Assembly: GCA_963806225.1 (NCBI GenBank) | Contig: CAWDXG010000004.1 | Span: 2,560,001-2,624,000 of the forward strand | Direction: 5' to 3' | Length of the DNA stretch: 64,000 nucleotides | DNA from: an uncultured delta proteobacterium | GTDB taxonomy: Bacteria; Myxococcota_A; Polyangia; Polyangiales; Polyangiaceae | In this document: positions 32,891 to 45,560 of the stretch, piece by piece | How the letters are laid out: each line of letters opens with the position of its first letter | Position numbering within the stretch: position 1 is the first letter of the stretch | The notes under the pieces: generated by a model | Told to the model about the DNA's origin: nothing | What the model saw: only the letters and a program-made list of their open reading frames with translations | The model's database searches: none | Program-made: the position numbers and the translations under genes

Positions 32891-33494
32891 GTCGGGTAGG
32901 CCCGGGCGTTGCCGCCCGGGCCCCGAATCGCTTCGGCAGCACTTCATGCACACGTCGTGCATCATCCTCCCGCTCGAATGCTATGACGAAGTCGTCAGCA
33001 AAGCGCACCAGCACTGCGCGTCCACGCAGCACTGGCTTCACCTGGCTTTCAAACCACACGTCCAGCACCGTATGCAGGAAGATGTTCGCCAACATCGGCG
33101 AGATAACCCCACCCTGCGGCGTGCCAGCTTCGGGGTATCTGATCTCCCCGCGCTCCATCACGCCCGCGTTGAGCCACTTGCCAATGAGACGCAGCACGAC
33201 ACCGTCCCCTATCCGTTGACGAAGCACCTCGCACAGCTGTTTGCGGTCGATGGAGTCGAAATACGTACGTATATCGACTTCCAGCACCCATCCGTCGCGC
33301 ATTTCCATCAGAGTGTCGCGTAGCTTGCCCAGGGCTTGGTGGGCACTCCGCCCTGGTCGAAACCCATACGAGCAGTCCAGAAAGTCCTGCTCGTACACGG
33401 TTTCTAGAAGCATGGCTACCGCCCGCTGGAGCACCGTGTCCTCGAAGGTTGGGATGCCCAGCGGCCGGGTCTGCCCGTTGCCTTTCGGGATGTG
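32891..33494 (-). mobile_element. Group II intron remnant: RT core fragment fused directly to domain 6 and the 3' end
   Basis: [53 protein letters not shown], ending PKRFG, then GGGCCCGGGCG-GCAA-CGCCCGGGCCT-A-CCCGAC; no domain 5, X domain or 5' half. Confidence 0.9.
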
Positions 33495-33630
33495 GAAGGC
33501 GGGAAGGCGGGAAGGCGATCTTCACTGCTCTGGGGACGGCTTCTTTTCTGGAATCGAGGGTTGGGGCTCGCCGCGCGGCTCGTCCAGAGACTTGGCGTGG
33601 TTGTCCGGGAACCTTCCCGCCTTCCTGTTC
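33494..33630. repeat. Palindromic REP-like element built from GGAAGGCG units
   Basis: (GGAAGGCG)x3 at 33494-33517 and inverted CCTTCCCGCCTTCC at 33612-33625. Confidence 0.7.
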
Positions 33631-33673
33631 CGCACCCGCACTCTGCCGGATGCGGACGTGCCCGCGTCGGGCA

Positions 33674-34852
33674 TCACACCTCGAGCAGGATGCGGTTGGG
33701 CTCCTCGACGCATTCCTTGATGCGCTTGAGGAAGGTGACGGATTCGCGGCCGTCGATGACGCGGTGGTCGTAGGTCATCGCGACGTACATCATCGGTCGC
33801 ACCACGACCTGACCGTCACGGACCACGGCGCGGTCCTGGATGGCGTGCAGCCCGAGGATGCCGCTCTGCGGCGGATTGATGATGGGCGTCGACAGCAGCG
33901 AGCCGTAGATGCCGCCGTTGCTGATGGTGTAGGTGCCGCCGTGCAGCTCGTCGAGCGTGAGCTTGTTGTCGCGGGCACGGACCGCGAAGTCCGCAATGGT
34001 CTGTTCCACCTCGGCGAAGCTCAACCGATCCGCATTGCGGATGACGGGTACGACCAGGCCGCGACCGCCGCCGACGGCGACGCCGATGTCGTAGTAGTTC
34101 TTGTAGACGATGTCGGTGCCGCGGACCTCCGCATTGACCTGCGGGATGAGCTTCAGCGCCTCGATGGCCGCCTTCACGAAGAAGGACATGAAGCCGAGCT
34201 TGATGCCGTACTTCTCCTGGAACTTCGGCTGATACTCCTTGCGCAGGGCAATCACCGCGCTCATGTCGATCTCGTTGAACGTGGTGAGCAGCGCGGCGTT
34301 CTGCTGCGACTCGACGAGCCGTTCAGCGATGCGCTTGCGCATCGGCGTCATCGCCACGACCTCTTCTTCGCGATCGCCTGCAGGGACGGCAGGCGCCGGA
34401 GCGCGCGCCTCGTGGCGCAGCACGTCTTCCTTCAAGAGCCGTCCGCCGGGGCCCGTCGCTTCCACTTCCGCCGCGCGGAGGCCGCGATCGGCCAGGGCAC
34501 GCTCGGCCGCCGGCATCACGCGCGCCTGGGCCTTCGGCTCCGTTGCGCGCGCCGGCTCCGGCCGCGCTTCTGCCGGCTTGGCCTGCGCCGGCTCGGCTGC
34601 TTTCCCAGAAGCCTCGCCCTCTTCCATGAAACCGATCACGTCGCCGACCGAAGCCGTCTGTCCCTGGTCGATCTTGATCTCCGAGATGACGCCGGCCACG
34701 GGCGCGGGCAGCTCGACCGTTACCTTGTCGGTCTCGATCATGACGACCGTCTCGTCGCGAGCGGCATGGTCGCCCTTGTGCTTGAGCCACTCGCCGATCA
34801 ACACCTCGGTGATCGACTCGCCGACCTCGGGCACCTTCAGTTCAACTGGCAT
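33674..34852 (-). CDS. sucB: 2-oxoglutarate dehydrogenase E2 (dihydrolipoyl succinyltransferase)
   Basis: Lipoyl domain IETDKV, E3-binding [21 protein letters not shown]. Confidence 0.97.
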   Translation of the reverse strand: MPVELKVPEVGESITEVLIGEWLKHKGDHAARDETVVMIETDKVTVELPAPVAGVISEIKIDQGQTASVGDVIGFMEEGEASGKAAEPAQAKPAEARPEPARATEPKAQARVMPAAERALADRGLRAAEVEATGPGGRLLKEDVLRHEARAPAPAVPAGDREEEVVAMTPMRKRIAERLVESQQNAALLTTFNEIDMSAVIALRKEYQPKFQEKYGIKLGFMSFFVKAAIEALKLIPQVNAEVRGTDIVYKNYYDIGVAVGGGRGLVVPVIRNADRLSFAEVEQTIADFAVRARDNKLTLDELHGGTYTISNGGIYGSLLSTPIINPPQSGILGLHAIQDRAVVRDGQVVVRPMMYVAMTYDHRVIDGRESVTFLKRIKECVEEPNRILLEV

Positions 34853-34879
34853 AGGACAAGCTTCCTCTTCTCCCTGGAC

Positions 34880-37705
<2,826 letters not shown>

Positions 37706-37951
37706 GGGATTGTTGCGTCTGTGGTTCTGCCTGGCCGCCGGGGCCGCACGGGCCGGCAAGCCGCTTCTAGCCGAAAAGCCGTCCGACGAGAACGAGTCCC
37801 CTCCCACGTGCGCCGGACGAGCCGTGGATAATCTGTGGCCCGGACGGTAGCAGGTCAAGGCCGGGAACGGTCCACGCCGGAGCGGCTGTGCGTGGGGCTT
37901 CGAGACTTCCCAGCGCCAACGCCGGCGTCTCTGGGGAAACCCGGGCGCGAG

Positions 37952-38362
37952 TCAGTCCGCCTGGAACCCAATCTTGGCGTGCGAGCCGTCGCAGAACGGC
38001 TTGTTCTTCGACTCGCCGCAGCGGCATACGGTCGCGCGCAACATTCTGCCGTGGCCGTCGATTGTCATGTCGGCGCGCACGGCGTAGGGGCCGTTTTCGC
38101 GAACGTGGGCGGTGTTGACCAGCGGTGGCTTTTCATTTTCTCCTCCGTCCAGCCGCTCGTAGGCAATGGCGCCGCTCGGGCAATTGTGCGCCAGGCCCGC
38201 GACCTCCTCGGGCGTCGCCGCGTCCGGGTGTATCCACTCGCCCTCCACGTTCGGCACGAATACGTCCGGTCGCGACAGCACGCAGTTGCGCGAGTGAATG
38301 CACTTGTCGCCATCGAACCGGATCAACACGCCCCTGCCACGGATCTCGTCAACGCCGCTCAT
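37952..38362 (-). CDS. Divergent 4Fe-4S (Fer4_19-like) plus CDGSH iron-sulfur domain protein
   Basis: KCIHSRNCV and CPSGAI, then NGPY and CRCGESKNKPFCDGSH. Confidence 0.9.
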   Translation of the reverse strand: MSGVDEIRGRGVLIRFDGDKCIHSRNCVLSRPDVFVPNVEGEWIHPDAATPEEVAGLAHNCPSGAIAYERLDGGENEKPPLVNTAHVRENGPYAVRADMTIDGHGRMLRATVCRCGESKNKPFCDGSHAKIGFQAD

Positions 38363-38874
38363 CGACGCGCGGGCGGCCGGATGCCGCGCCGGCGCCCCTT
38401 CCGCAGAGCTCGATCGCGGCGTAGACTGTCCGGCGGTGGCAGCGGGAGTGCCGTCTACAAGATGCAGAAGTCCTCGTCGGCAGCTACGATCGAGCTGTGT
38501 CCGAAGTCGAAGGCAAAGGCCCGTAGCTTGGACAATCTGCTGTGGCTGCCGGATCGTAGGCTCGGCTACTCCGTGAAGACAGAAGACAAGGGTTGGGAGC
38601 TCGATGCTCGCATCGAACCACTGCCCGAAAGGCCATGGCCTTCATTCATCTCCGCGCGGGCCAAGGGGAGCCGGACGGAAAACCCGTATCGGGTGGTGGT
38701 CCTGCTCGCACGGCTGGAACTCGTCGCGGCGTCGTGTCCAACCACTCGCGAAGAGCTGTGTTCGGCATGTGCCGCGGTCCAGCGCTCGCGCGAGCAGGCA
38801 CAACGGGATCCATTGAAACTTCTGCGGTGAGTGTGGGCACAAGAGGGGCCCGGGAACAGCCTGGAGGTTGACCC

Positions 38875-40227
38875 ATGAACAAGCTTGGACAGCTCTGGAG
38901 CAATCTGCGATCGAGCTTCTGGTTCCTGCCTTCGCTGATGGTCGCGGTCAGTATGGCTGTCGCGATAGCTTTGATCCAGGCGGACTCCGCCGGGAGCGAC
39001 CGATGGCTGAGCCAGTGGCCACGCCTGTTTGGCGTCGGGCCGGAAGGCGCACGCCAGATGTTGGCTACGCTTGCCGGTTCGATGATGTCCGTTATGGGAA
39101 TCACGTTCTCCATGACCCTGCTGGCACTGGCGTTGGCCTCGAACCAATACACCTCGCGCATCCTGCGGAACTTCATGCGGAGCCGCGTCACACAGGCCAC
39201 GCTCGGGATTTTCGGCGGTATTTTCGCCTATTGCCTGATCGTGTTGCGCGCCATTCGCGGCGCTAGCGGCGTAACCGAGTTCGTGCCGAACCTGGCGGTG
39301 TTCTTCGCATTTGTTCTGGCACTCGGTGGCGTTGGCGTCCTCATTTTCTTCATTCACCACATCGCTTCGTCGATCCAGGCTTCCAGCATCATCGCCTCGG
39401 TTGCTCACGAAACCATCGCATCGAGCGACCGGCTTTTTCCGGAAAGACTGGGACTCGAACCCGATGAAGACGAGGACCCGGACGAGGTGCTCGGGTCTCT
39501 GGAAGAGCGTACCTGGCACGCCGTGCCGGCAGAGATGAACGGTTACGTCCAGAACGTGGACAATGATGCGCTGCTGCGCCTGGCGCGGGATAGGCAGACC
39601 GTCGTGCGCATGGAGCGCGGCATCGGCGCGTTCGTTGTGCAAGATGCCACATTGGCGTCGCTCGCCCTGGAAGCCCCTCCGGATCAAGAGACGATCGAGG
39701 CCGTCAACAAAGCCTATAGCGTGGGCCGCTATCGCACGGTCGAGCAGGACCCTGCCTTCGGTATCCGGCAGCTGGTGGATATGGCGTTGAAGGCACTTTC
39801 GCCCGGTGTCAACGACACCTCGACCGCCGTGATGTGCGTGGATTACCTGTCGACGGTTCTGGCGCAGCTGGCCTCCCGGAAATTCCCTGCATCGCGCCGC
39901 TACGAGGGAGACGAACTGCGTGTGATCACCATCGCCCCGACATTTGAAGCTCTTCTGGTCGAGGCGTTCGAGCAGATCCGGGGTAGCGCCGAAGGCAATG
40001 TCGCCATCATGGCGCGCATGCTCAGCGCCTTCGAGACTCTCGCCGAGCTCACGGTGAGCCCGCGCCGCCGGCAGGCGCTCCACGAACAGGTGCAGTGGAT
40101 TGCCGAACTGGCGGGTCGCACCACCGAAGCCACGCATGATCGCGCGCGGATCGCCAAGCGGCTGATGGAGGTACGCGAGGCACTCGAAGCCGAGCCTGCA
40201 TCGAGCGAGGGGAAAGAGAAAGCATAA
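38875..40227 (+). CDS. DUF2254 family membrane protein
   Basis: SSFWFLP, FSMTLLALALASNQYTSR, FFIHHIASSIQ, QDPAFGIRQLVDMALKALSPGVNDTSTA; GGAGG RBS. Confidence 0.9.
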   Translation: MNKLGQLWSNLRSSFWFLPSLMVAVSMAVAIALIQADSAGSDRWLSQWPRLFGVGPEGARQMLATLAGSMMSVMGITFSMTLLALALASNQYTSRILRNFMRSRVTQATLGIFGGIFAYCLIVLRAIRGASGVTEFVPNLAVFFAFVLALGGVGVLIFFIHHIASSIQASSIIASVAHETIASSDRLFPERLGLEPDEDEDPDEVLGSLEERTWHAVPAEMNGYVQNVDNDALLRLARDRQTVVRMERGIGAFVVQDATLASLALEAPPDQETIEAVNKAYSVGRYRTVEQDPAFGIRQLVDMALKALSPGVNDTSTAVMCVDYLSTVLAQLASRKFPASRRYEGDELRVITIAPTFEALLVEAFEQIRGSAEGNVAIMARMLSAFETLAELTVSPRRRQALHEQVQWIAELAGRTTEATHDRARIAKRLMEVREALEAEPASSEGKEKA

Positions 40228-40362
40228 CCGAACCGGGGAGGCCGAGCCCTGGGTCACCAGCATCGCAACGCGCTTGCCGGACAAGCGCGCCTCGCGCAGC
40301 GCGCCGGCGACCCGCGGGCAACACGGTCTCCCTCGACGGCTCCGGTCCGGCGGCCAGGGAGC

Positions 40363-40761
40363 CTAGCTCAGCGCGTCGATCACGCGGCCCAGGCGGGCGC
40401 GGATGTCCTCGGCCACGGCCTTGATCCCGGGCATCGATGCGAACTCCGCGATCTGCATCGGGTCGAACGCGGAGACGACCGTCTTGCCGTCGTCACCTTC
40501 GTACACGATGACGTTGCAGGGTAGCAGCAGGCCGATCTCGGGAGCCGCGGAGAGCACCTTGTGGGCCGCAGGCGGGTTGCACGCGCCGAGGATCTTGTAC
40601 TTGCGGAAGTCAACGTCGATCTTCTTCTTGAGCGTCTCCTTCACGTCGATTTCAGTGAGGACGCCAAAGCCTTCCTTCTTGAGCTCCTCGGGCACCTTCT
40701 GGAGCGCCTCTTCATAGCTGCAGCCAAGCACCTTCTTGATACCGATCTTGTCCAGATCCAC
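40363..40761 (-). CDS. DUF302 domain protein
   Basis: EGFGVLTEIDV, YKILGACNP, IGLLLPCNVIV. Confidence 0.92.
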   Translation of the reverse strand: MDLDKIGIKKVLGCSYEEALQKVPEELKKEGFGVLTEIDVKETLKKKIDVDFRKYKILGACNPPAAHKVLSAAPEIGLLLPCNVIVYEGDDGKTVVSAFDPMQIAEFASMPGIKAVAEDIRARLGRVIDALS

Positions 40762-40810
40762 TTCTGCCTCCGTCTATCGATCTCGATGCGCTCCGGGGGA
40801 GCGATGTTGT

Positions 40811-41125
40811 CTAGTCGCCCACCAGGGAGCGCTGGATGTCCTTCGCCTCGTCGTAGCGTTCGCGGGGCACGAAGATGACCGTGCCTTGACTGCCGAACGC
40901 CGAGACGAACACGTCGTATTTGAGCATGGTACGGATGCCGCGCTGCTCGAGTTGCTCGACCACCATGCGCCCCATCGATTCGCTGGAGAGGGGCGGCAGC
41001 TCGACCCAGTGGATATCCTTGGGCGGCGGCTCCTGCGGCAGCTTTTCGACAAGGCGCACGCCACAATCGTCGCAATGTTCGACGCCGGCGACGTATTCGA
41101 GCCGGCAGGCGGGACAGAAGGGCAT
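40811..41125 (-). CDS. Zn-ribbon plus DUF2007-like small protein
   Basis: MPFCPACRLEY and CDDCGVRL; LEQRGI; IFVPRERYDEA; GGAGGT RBS. Confidence 0.75.
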   Translation of the reverse strand: MPFCPACRLEYVAGVEHCDDCGVRLVEKLPQEPPPKDIHWVELPPLSSESMGRMVVEQLEQRGIRTMLKYDVFVSAFGSQGTVIFVPRERYDEAKDIQRSLVGD

Positions 41126-41255
41126 GATCGCTACCTCCGGGGCTTCAGGGGCCTGTGTAGCAAAGGTTGTGCCTCCGCGGGCATCTGTCGAGGGGGCTGC
41201 ACCACGTCGCCGCACGCTTTGCGCTGTTGCAACATGCAGCGCAAACGTTGCGGCG

Positions 41256-41969
41256 TCAGCGCGAGCTGCGCCGCCGCCCGGCTCGGGCCGGGCGTTCGGC
41301 AACGCGCAGGTACCCTTCACTGAGGAAGGCATACAGCTGCTGGGTGAGCACGTCGGCGCTCTCCTCGGCGAGACCGAGCGTGACGGCCTGGTAGAGCAGC
41401 TCCTTCAGCGCGCCGATGGTGAGATACGCGAGAACACGCGGCTCACCGTCCGCCACAATGCCCAGCGCCTGCCCGTCCCTCAGGCTCTCGGTGAGCAGCT
41501 GCACCACCGAGTCGTAGAAGGTGAGCAGCTTGCGGTCGAACGCCGAATCGATACCGACCGCGTCCGTGAACAGGATCTTGGTCATGACCCGCTCGGAGAG
41601 GGCCAGACCCACAATCGCCCGGATATTCTCGCGCGCCTGTTCCGCGACCGAACGGGATGGGTCGTCCGTCTCGATGCGCTGGATAGCCATGGCTATCTGG
41701 GCGCTGAAGCGGTCGATGAGATCGGAGAAGACCGCGCGCTTGTCCTCGAAGTACAGGTAGAAGGTGCCGCGGGCGACACCGGCCTCGGCCACGATGTCGT
41801 CGATGGTCGACTGGTGGTAGCCGCGCTTGGCAAAGACGTTGCGCGCGGCGGTGAGGATATTCTGGCGGCGTTCGGCCTTGGTCGCAGCACTTCGCTTGCC
41901 GCCGGTCCTGGCCTTCTTCGTACGCGCCGCCACGCCTTTCCGGATACTCCGGCGTCGCGCGCCCTTCAA
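41256..41969 (-). CDS. TetR/AcrR-family transcriptional regulator
   Basis: HTH TIDDIVAEAGVARGTFYLYFEDK; start uncertain. Confidence 0.92.
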   Translation of the reverse strand: MKGARRRSIRKGVAARTKKARTGGKRSAATKAERRQNILTAARNVFAKRGYHQSTIDDIVAEAGVARGTFYLYFEDKRAVFSDLIDRFSAQIAMAIQRIETDDPSRSVAEQARENIRAIVGLALSERVMTKILFTDAVGIDSAFDRKLLTFYDSVVQLLTESLRDGQALGIVADGEPRVLAYLTIGALKELLYQAVTLGLAEESADVLTQQLYAFLSEGYLRVAERPARAGRRRSSR

Positions 41970-41972
41970 CGG

Positions 41973-43254
41973 CTACTTCGCGACCCGGAGGATCTGCGCA
42001 TCCGTGGCCCAGTAGACGAACTTGTCGTCCGTGTGCAGCACCAGCGTCCCGGTCTGGTTCGATGCCAGCGTTCGTGGGCCGCCCTGACACCCGGAAAGGG
42101 GGCAGGTGACGATCTGCGAAGCCGCGCCGCCCGGCGCCGGATCGTAATCGAACCAGTACACGCCGCTCGAGTCGACGGTCATCAGCGTCGGATGGGGCTG
42201 CTTGTCGATGAACTTGACCGGCGTGCAGGCGCCACTGGTCGGGCAGGTCTCGATGAGTCCGTTCGGGTAGCCCCCCTGCCCGCCGGGCAACAGCATGTAG
42301 ATCTGCTTGCCGTACACGCTTGTCGCTTCGACGCCCTGGGCGGCAGAGTAGAGCACGGTCGGCTTGCAGGTCCCGGTCATCGGGCAGCTCTCGAGCGCAT
42401 CGGCGGCAGTCGCGGTAGTCGTCGACGGCGAGACGAAATAGACGTTGGTGCCGTCGGTGCCGAGCGCGATCGTGCCGAGCTGCGTACCGAAGTCGAACAT
42501 GATCTCCGCAGCGCCGGTCGAGCAGGCGCCGCCCGTGCAGTTCTCGTGGAACAAGCTCGTGCCGATCACCCAGTACCAGTCCAGCCCGGACGCGGCGTAG
42601 CTGCCGGGCGGCACGTTCAGGCCGCCATAGAAAACGTACGAAGGCGACGCCGAACAGCCCCCGACATCGCAGACGAACAGCGACGGGCGAGCCACGTGGG
42701 AGGCCGGATCTGCCACGAAGGCGAAGTTCTCTCCGGAGACCATCAAGATGCCCGCCGCGTCGGAGGCGTTGATGGCGCCGACCTGGCCAAGCTGCTTGGG
42801 CTGGAGCGCGCAGCCGCCCTTGGGACACGCGAGGACGGTGTTGCCCGCCGAATCGCCGTAGTAGAGCTGCTTCGCATCGACGTCGAACACGGGCTTGGTC
42901 AGGTTGTCGACGACGACGACCGGCTGGCACACGCCCTTGTCGCACTTGCCTCCGCCGCAGTCGTGCCCACAGACGCCGCAGTTCGCGCCACTGGTCGCGA
43001 CGTTCGACGCATTTGCCGCCGCAGTCGACCACGGTTCCGCCGTCGCACATGACCGGCGCGCCCGCGCTGCCTCCCGAGCCGCTGGTGCCGGCACTGCCGC
43101 TGGTGCCGGCCGTGCCCCCCGTGCCCCCCGTGCCGCCGCTGTCGGTGCCGGCCCCGCCGCCATCGTGTGCGGCGCCGAGGTTGTCGAGACCGCTGCCGCA
43201 ACCGGCTGCCATGAGCAGCGACGCTGCCAGGAGCGCGACTGTTCGAGGTTTCAT
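41973..43254 (-). CDS. Lipoprotein with Gly-rich linker and Cys-containing beta-propeller-like repeats (one +1 frameshift near 43005)
   Basis: MKPRTVALLAASLLMAAGC; NCGVCGHDCGGGKC; repeats of VDxxxVYW and CPxxGC. Confidence 0.75.
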
Positions 43255-43295
43255 CCAGGCTTCCCGCGGCACGGAGGCAGCATGCCGTTGTCGGA

Positions 43296-44480
43296 CTACG
43301 GCTGCAACGGCGGCAGGGTGACTACCTCGAAAGCCGAAGCCGGGACGGTCTTCAGCGCCGAAATGTCCGCGTCTTTCCAGTTCGGATTCACTTCACCCTG
43401 GAAGTAGAAGTTCCCATTGGGACTGCTATTGTCGGCCAGGATCATCCCGTATTTCTTCATGGCCTTGAGCACGACCTGCGCTCCCTTGGTCAGACCCGAG
43501 ATGTCGTAGCTGGCTTTCAGGCGCACGCGCAGGCCCATGGGAGGGGCGTTCGAGCCGCAGCTGCCGTGGGCTGCAAAGTGTGTCGCCGGCTTGACGTACT
43601 TGTTCATGGAGCACTCGAGCGTGAAGCGGATGGCGTGATTGATGGCGCCCGCCTGCACCTCGGCGTAGCGCACGAGACCCGGCATGATGGGAAGCCCCGC
43701 CGCATCCGCACTCGTCCAGCCCATCTTGCGCTGGCCGTAGCTGAGCTTCGTGAGGTCCCACTTGGCTCCGCTGCCACACACCCATCCGCTGCTGCCGTAG
43801 TGGCAGGACCAGCCCTCGTACAGCATACAGGCGCCCTGCTGCACGACGATCACGTGGCAATCACCGCTGCAGTTGGTGGCCGTGCCACCCTCGATCTTGA
43901 CGTTGGCCGGCCCGGGAAAAGGATAGGGCCCCGGGTCGCTCTCGTTCGGGGACTTGTCGAAGCTGATCGGAAGCTTGGCCTGGCTCGCCGGCACGACGTT
44001 GATCGGGATGCCGTAGTCCGGCGGCCCGTAGTCGGGGTGGATGTTGATGTTGCCGACGATGTTCTGGATGCGCTGCGTCCAGGTCGCGTCCACCCCTTCG
44101 CCGGAGATGTCCTTGTTCCAGTCGTCGTTGCCGGTGAACACCGTGCAGCCGCCGATGGTGGGGAGCGACGAGCTGCTGCCGCCCGAACCACCGGAGCCCC
44201 CGCTGGAGCCACCGGAGCCCCCGCTGGAGCCACCGGAGCCCCCGCTGGAGCCACCGGAGCCCCCGCTGGAGCCGCCCGAGCCCGCTGTGCCGCCAGAACC
44301 GCCGGTTGCGCCACCCGAACCGCTGCTGCCGCTATTGCCCCCCGTGCCGCTGCCGCCCGTGCCGCTGCCGCCCGTGCCGCTGCCGCCCGTGCCGTTCGAT
44401 GAGTTGCTGCTCGAGCAGGCCGCGACCACCAGGGCCAGCGACGCGCCCGCACACAGAAAAGCCAAGATCCGGGTCCTCAT
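43296..44480 (-). CDS. Gly/Ser-linker lipoprotein with a conserved hypothetical C-terminal domain
   Basis: Lipobox VAAC; YGIP, ESDPGPYP, GDCH, TSADAAGLPIMPGL, KKYGMILADN. Confidence 0.8.
   Translation of the reverse strand: MRTRILAFLCAGASLALVVAACSSSNSSNGTGGSGTGGSGTGGSGTGGNSGSSGSGGATGGSGGTAGSGGSSGGSGGSSGGSGGSSGGSGGSSGGSGGSGGSSSSLPTIGGCTVFTGNDDWNKDISGEGVDATWTQRIQNIVGNINIHPDYGPPDYGIPINVVPASQAKLPISFDKSPNESDPGPYPFPGPANVKIEGGTATNCSGDCHVIVVQQGACMLYEGWSCHYGSSGWVCGSGAKWDLTKLSYGQRKMGWTSADAAGLPIMPGLVRYAEVQAGAINHAIRFTLECSMNKYVKPATHFAAHGSCGSNAPPMGLRVRLKASYDISGLTKGAQVVLKAMKKYGMILADNSSPNGNFYFQGEVNPNWKDADISALKTVPASAFEVVTLPPLQP
44188..44271. repeat. 21-bp coding tandem repeat x4 (SSGGSGG)
   Basis: CCACCGGAGCCCCCGCTGGAG repeated four times. 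Confidence 0.9.
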
Positions 44481-44581
44481 GAACGACCTCCTCCGCAACT
44501 TACGGCCAGATCAGTGTATCACTGTCCCGGACTCGAGGTGGCGGTCGCGCGCGGCGGCTCCGCGCGCCCGGACGGCAGCCA

Positions 44582-45079
44582 CTAGAACGTGCTCCGCCAA
44601 TACCTCACGGTCAGGAACCTCGTGAGCTTCTGGATGGCCTGGAGCCGCTTCTCTCCGGCTTGCGTGGCGTGCAGTTCCCGGGCGTACTCCGGCACCGTGC
44701 TGGCCATCTTCTGGGTGTAGGCAGCGACCTCGGCGTCGTCCATGAAGTGGTCGCGGATCTCGGTCAGCTCTCCGGAATCGAGAAAGAACCCGCCGCAACC
44801 GTAGCATTCGTCGACGTTGATGGCCTGCGCCCGTGCGTACTTGTGCGTGTGCATCGGGATGTCGCACTTCGGGCAGCGGATCGGAGTGCGGTCCGCGTCG
44901 TTGTGTCTCGGGCTGTGCAGCGCGTTCTCCAGGGCGGCGCCCAACCCCTCGTTCCGCTCGTCCAGGTTCGCGAGCTCGCCGTGGTCGAACCAGATCCCCT
45001 GGCAGCCGATCGCACAGACATCCACCTCGATACCGAAGTCTTCGGGCGTCATCTTCTGACCGCAGGCAGGGCACTTCAT
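44582..45079 (-). CDS. Double zf-TFIIB-type Zn-ribbon protein
   Basis: CPAC and CAIGCQGIWFDHGEL; CPKC and CYGCGGFFLDSGEL; GGAGG RBS. Confidence 0.85.
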   Translation of the reverse strand: MKCPACGQKMTPEDFGIEVDVCAIGCQGIWFDHGELANLDERNEGLGAALENALHSPRHNDADRTPIRCPKCDIPMHTHKYARAQAINVDECYGCGGFFLDSGELTEIRDHFMDDAEVAAYTQKMASTVPEYARELHATQAGEKRLQAIQKLTRFLTVRYWRSTF

Positions 45080-45092
45080 GTCGCCTCCATCG

Positions 45093-45560
45093 TCAGAGCT
45101 TGCCCAGAGCCCGGATCACCAGCAAGGCCGCGACGCCTCCGAGCAACAGCAGGACGACGACGAGCCCGATGCCGAGCGGCGCGAAGCCCTTGCGGTCTTC
45201 CTCGACGAGCGCGAACAACAGACCCATCTCGCCCGAATCGAGCCAGAGCCCCCCGCACGCCGGGCACTTGTCCGCGACAACCCTCTGGTCGCCCCGCTGG
45301 AACGCGATCTTCCCCAGCCTCTGCTGGCAGCGGGGGCAGTCATACAGCGCACCTTCCCGCACCTCGGGCGCCGTGTTGGCGAGGTGATCGAGCGAGGCAG
45401 AAAGCTCCGCGGTGGTGGGTTGACCGCTGGCCCGGCGCGCGATCATGCGCTCGAGCTCGCCCCGGTCGAGCCAGAAGCCCTGACAGGCGGAGCACGTGTC
45501 GATGGCGGTCCCCGATTTCTGGAGCTGGTCCATCGCGCTCTGACAACGGGGGCACTGCAC
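45093..45560 (-). CDS. Double zf-TFIIB-type Zn-ribbon protein with C-terminal TM anchor
   Basis: CPRC and CSACQGFWLDRGEL; CPRC and CPACGGLWLDSGEM; hydrophobic tail. Confidence 0.85.
   Translation of the reverse strand: MQCPRCQSAMDQLQKSGTAIDTCSACQGFWLDRGELERMIARRASGQPTTAELSASLDHLANTAPEVREGALYDCPRCQQRLGKIAFQRGDQRVVADKCPACGGLWLDSGEMGLLFALVEEDRKGFAPLGIGLVVVLLLLGGVAALLVIRALGKL

Noticed and set aside
32850..33494. RT as a retron, DGR or defence RT (also considered for 61500-62007)
   Set aside because: PQG and (Y/F)ADD context plus flanking intron RNA termini identify group II intron RTs; no msr/msd, template/variable repeat pair or avd-like gene was seen
33631..33642. GTGCG motifs on the minus strand as the 5' end of the first intron
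   Set aside because: They precede the palindromic element and are not followed by recognisable domain 1 sequence; the pentamer is common at this GC content
38462..38830. 122-aa ORF starting MQKSSSAATIEL
   Set aside because: No motif, RBS or host-like codon pattern; cannot be supported as a gene
41218..41245. Inverted repeat TTTGCGCTG..CAGCGCAAA after the tetR stop
   Set aside because: Could be a terminator or a binding site, but nothing distinguishes these; too weak to call
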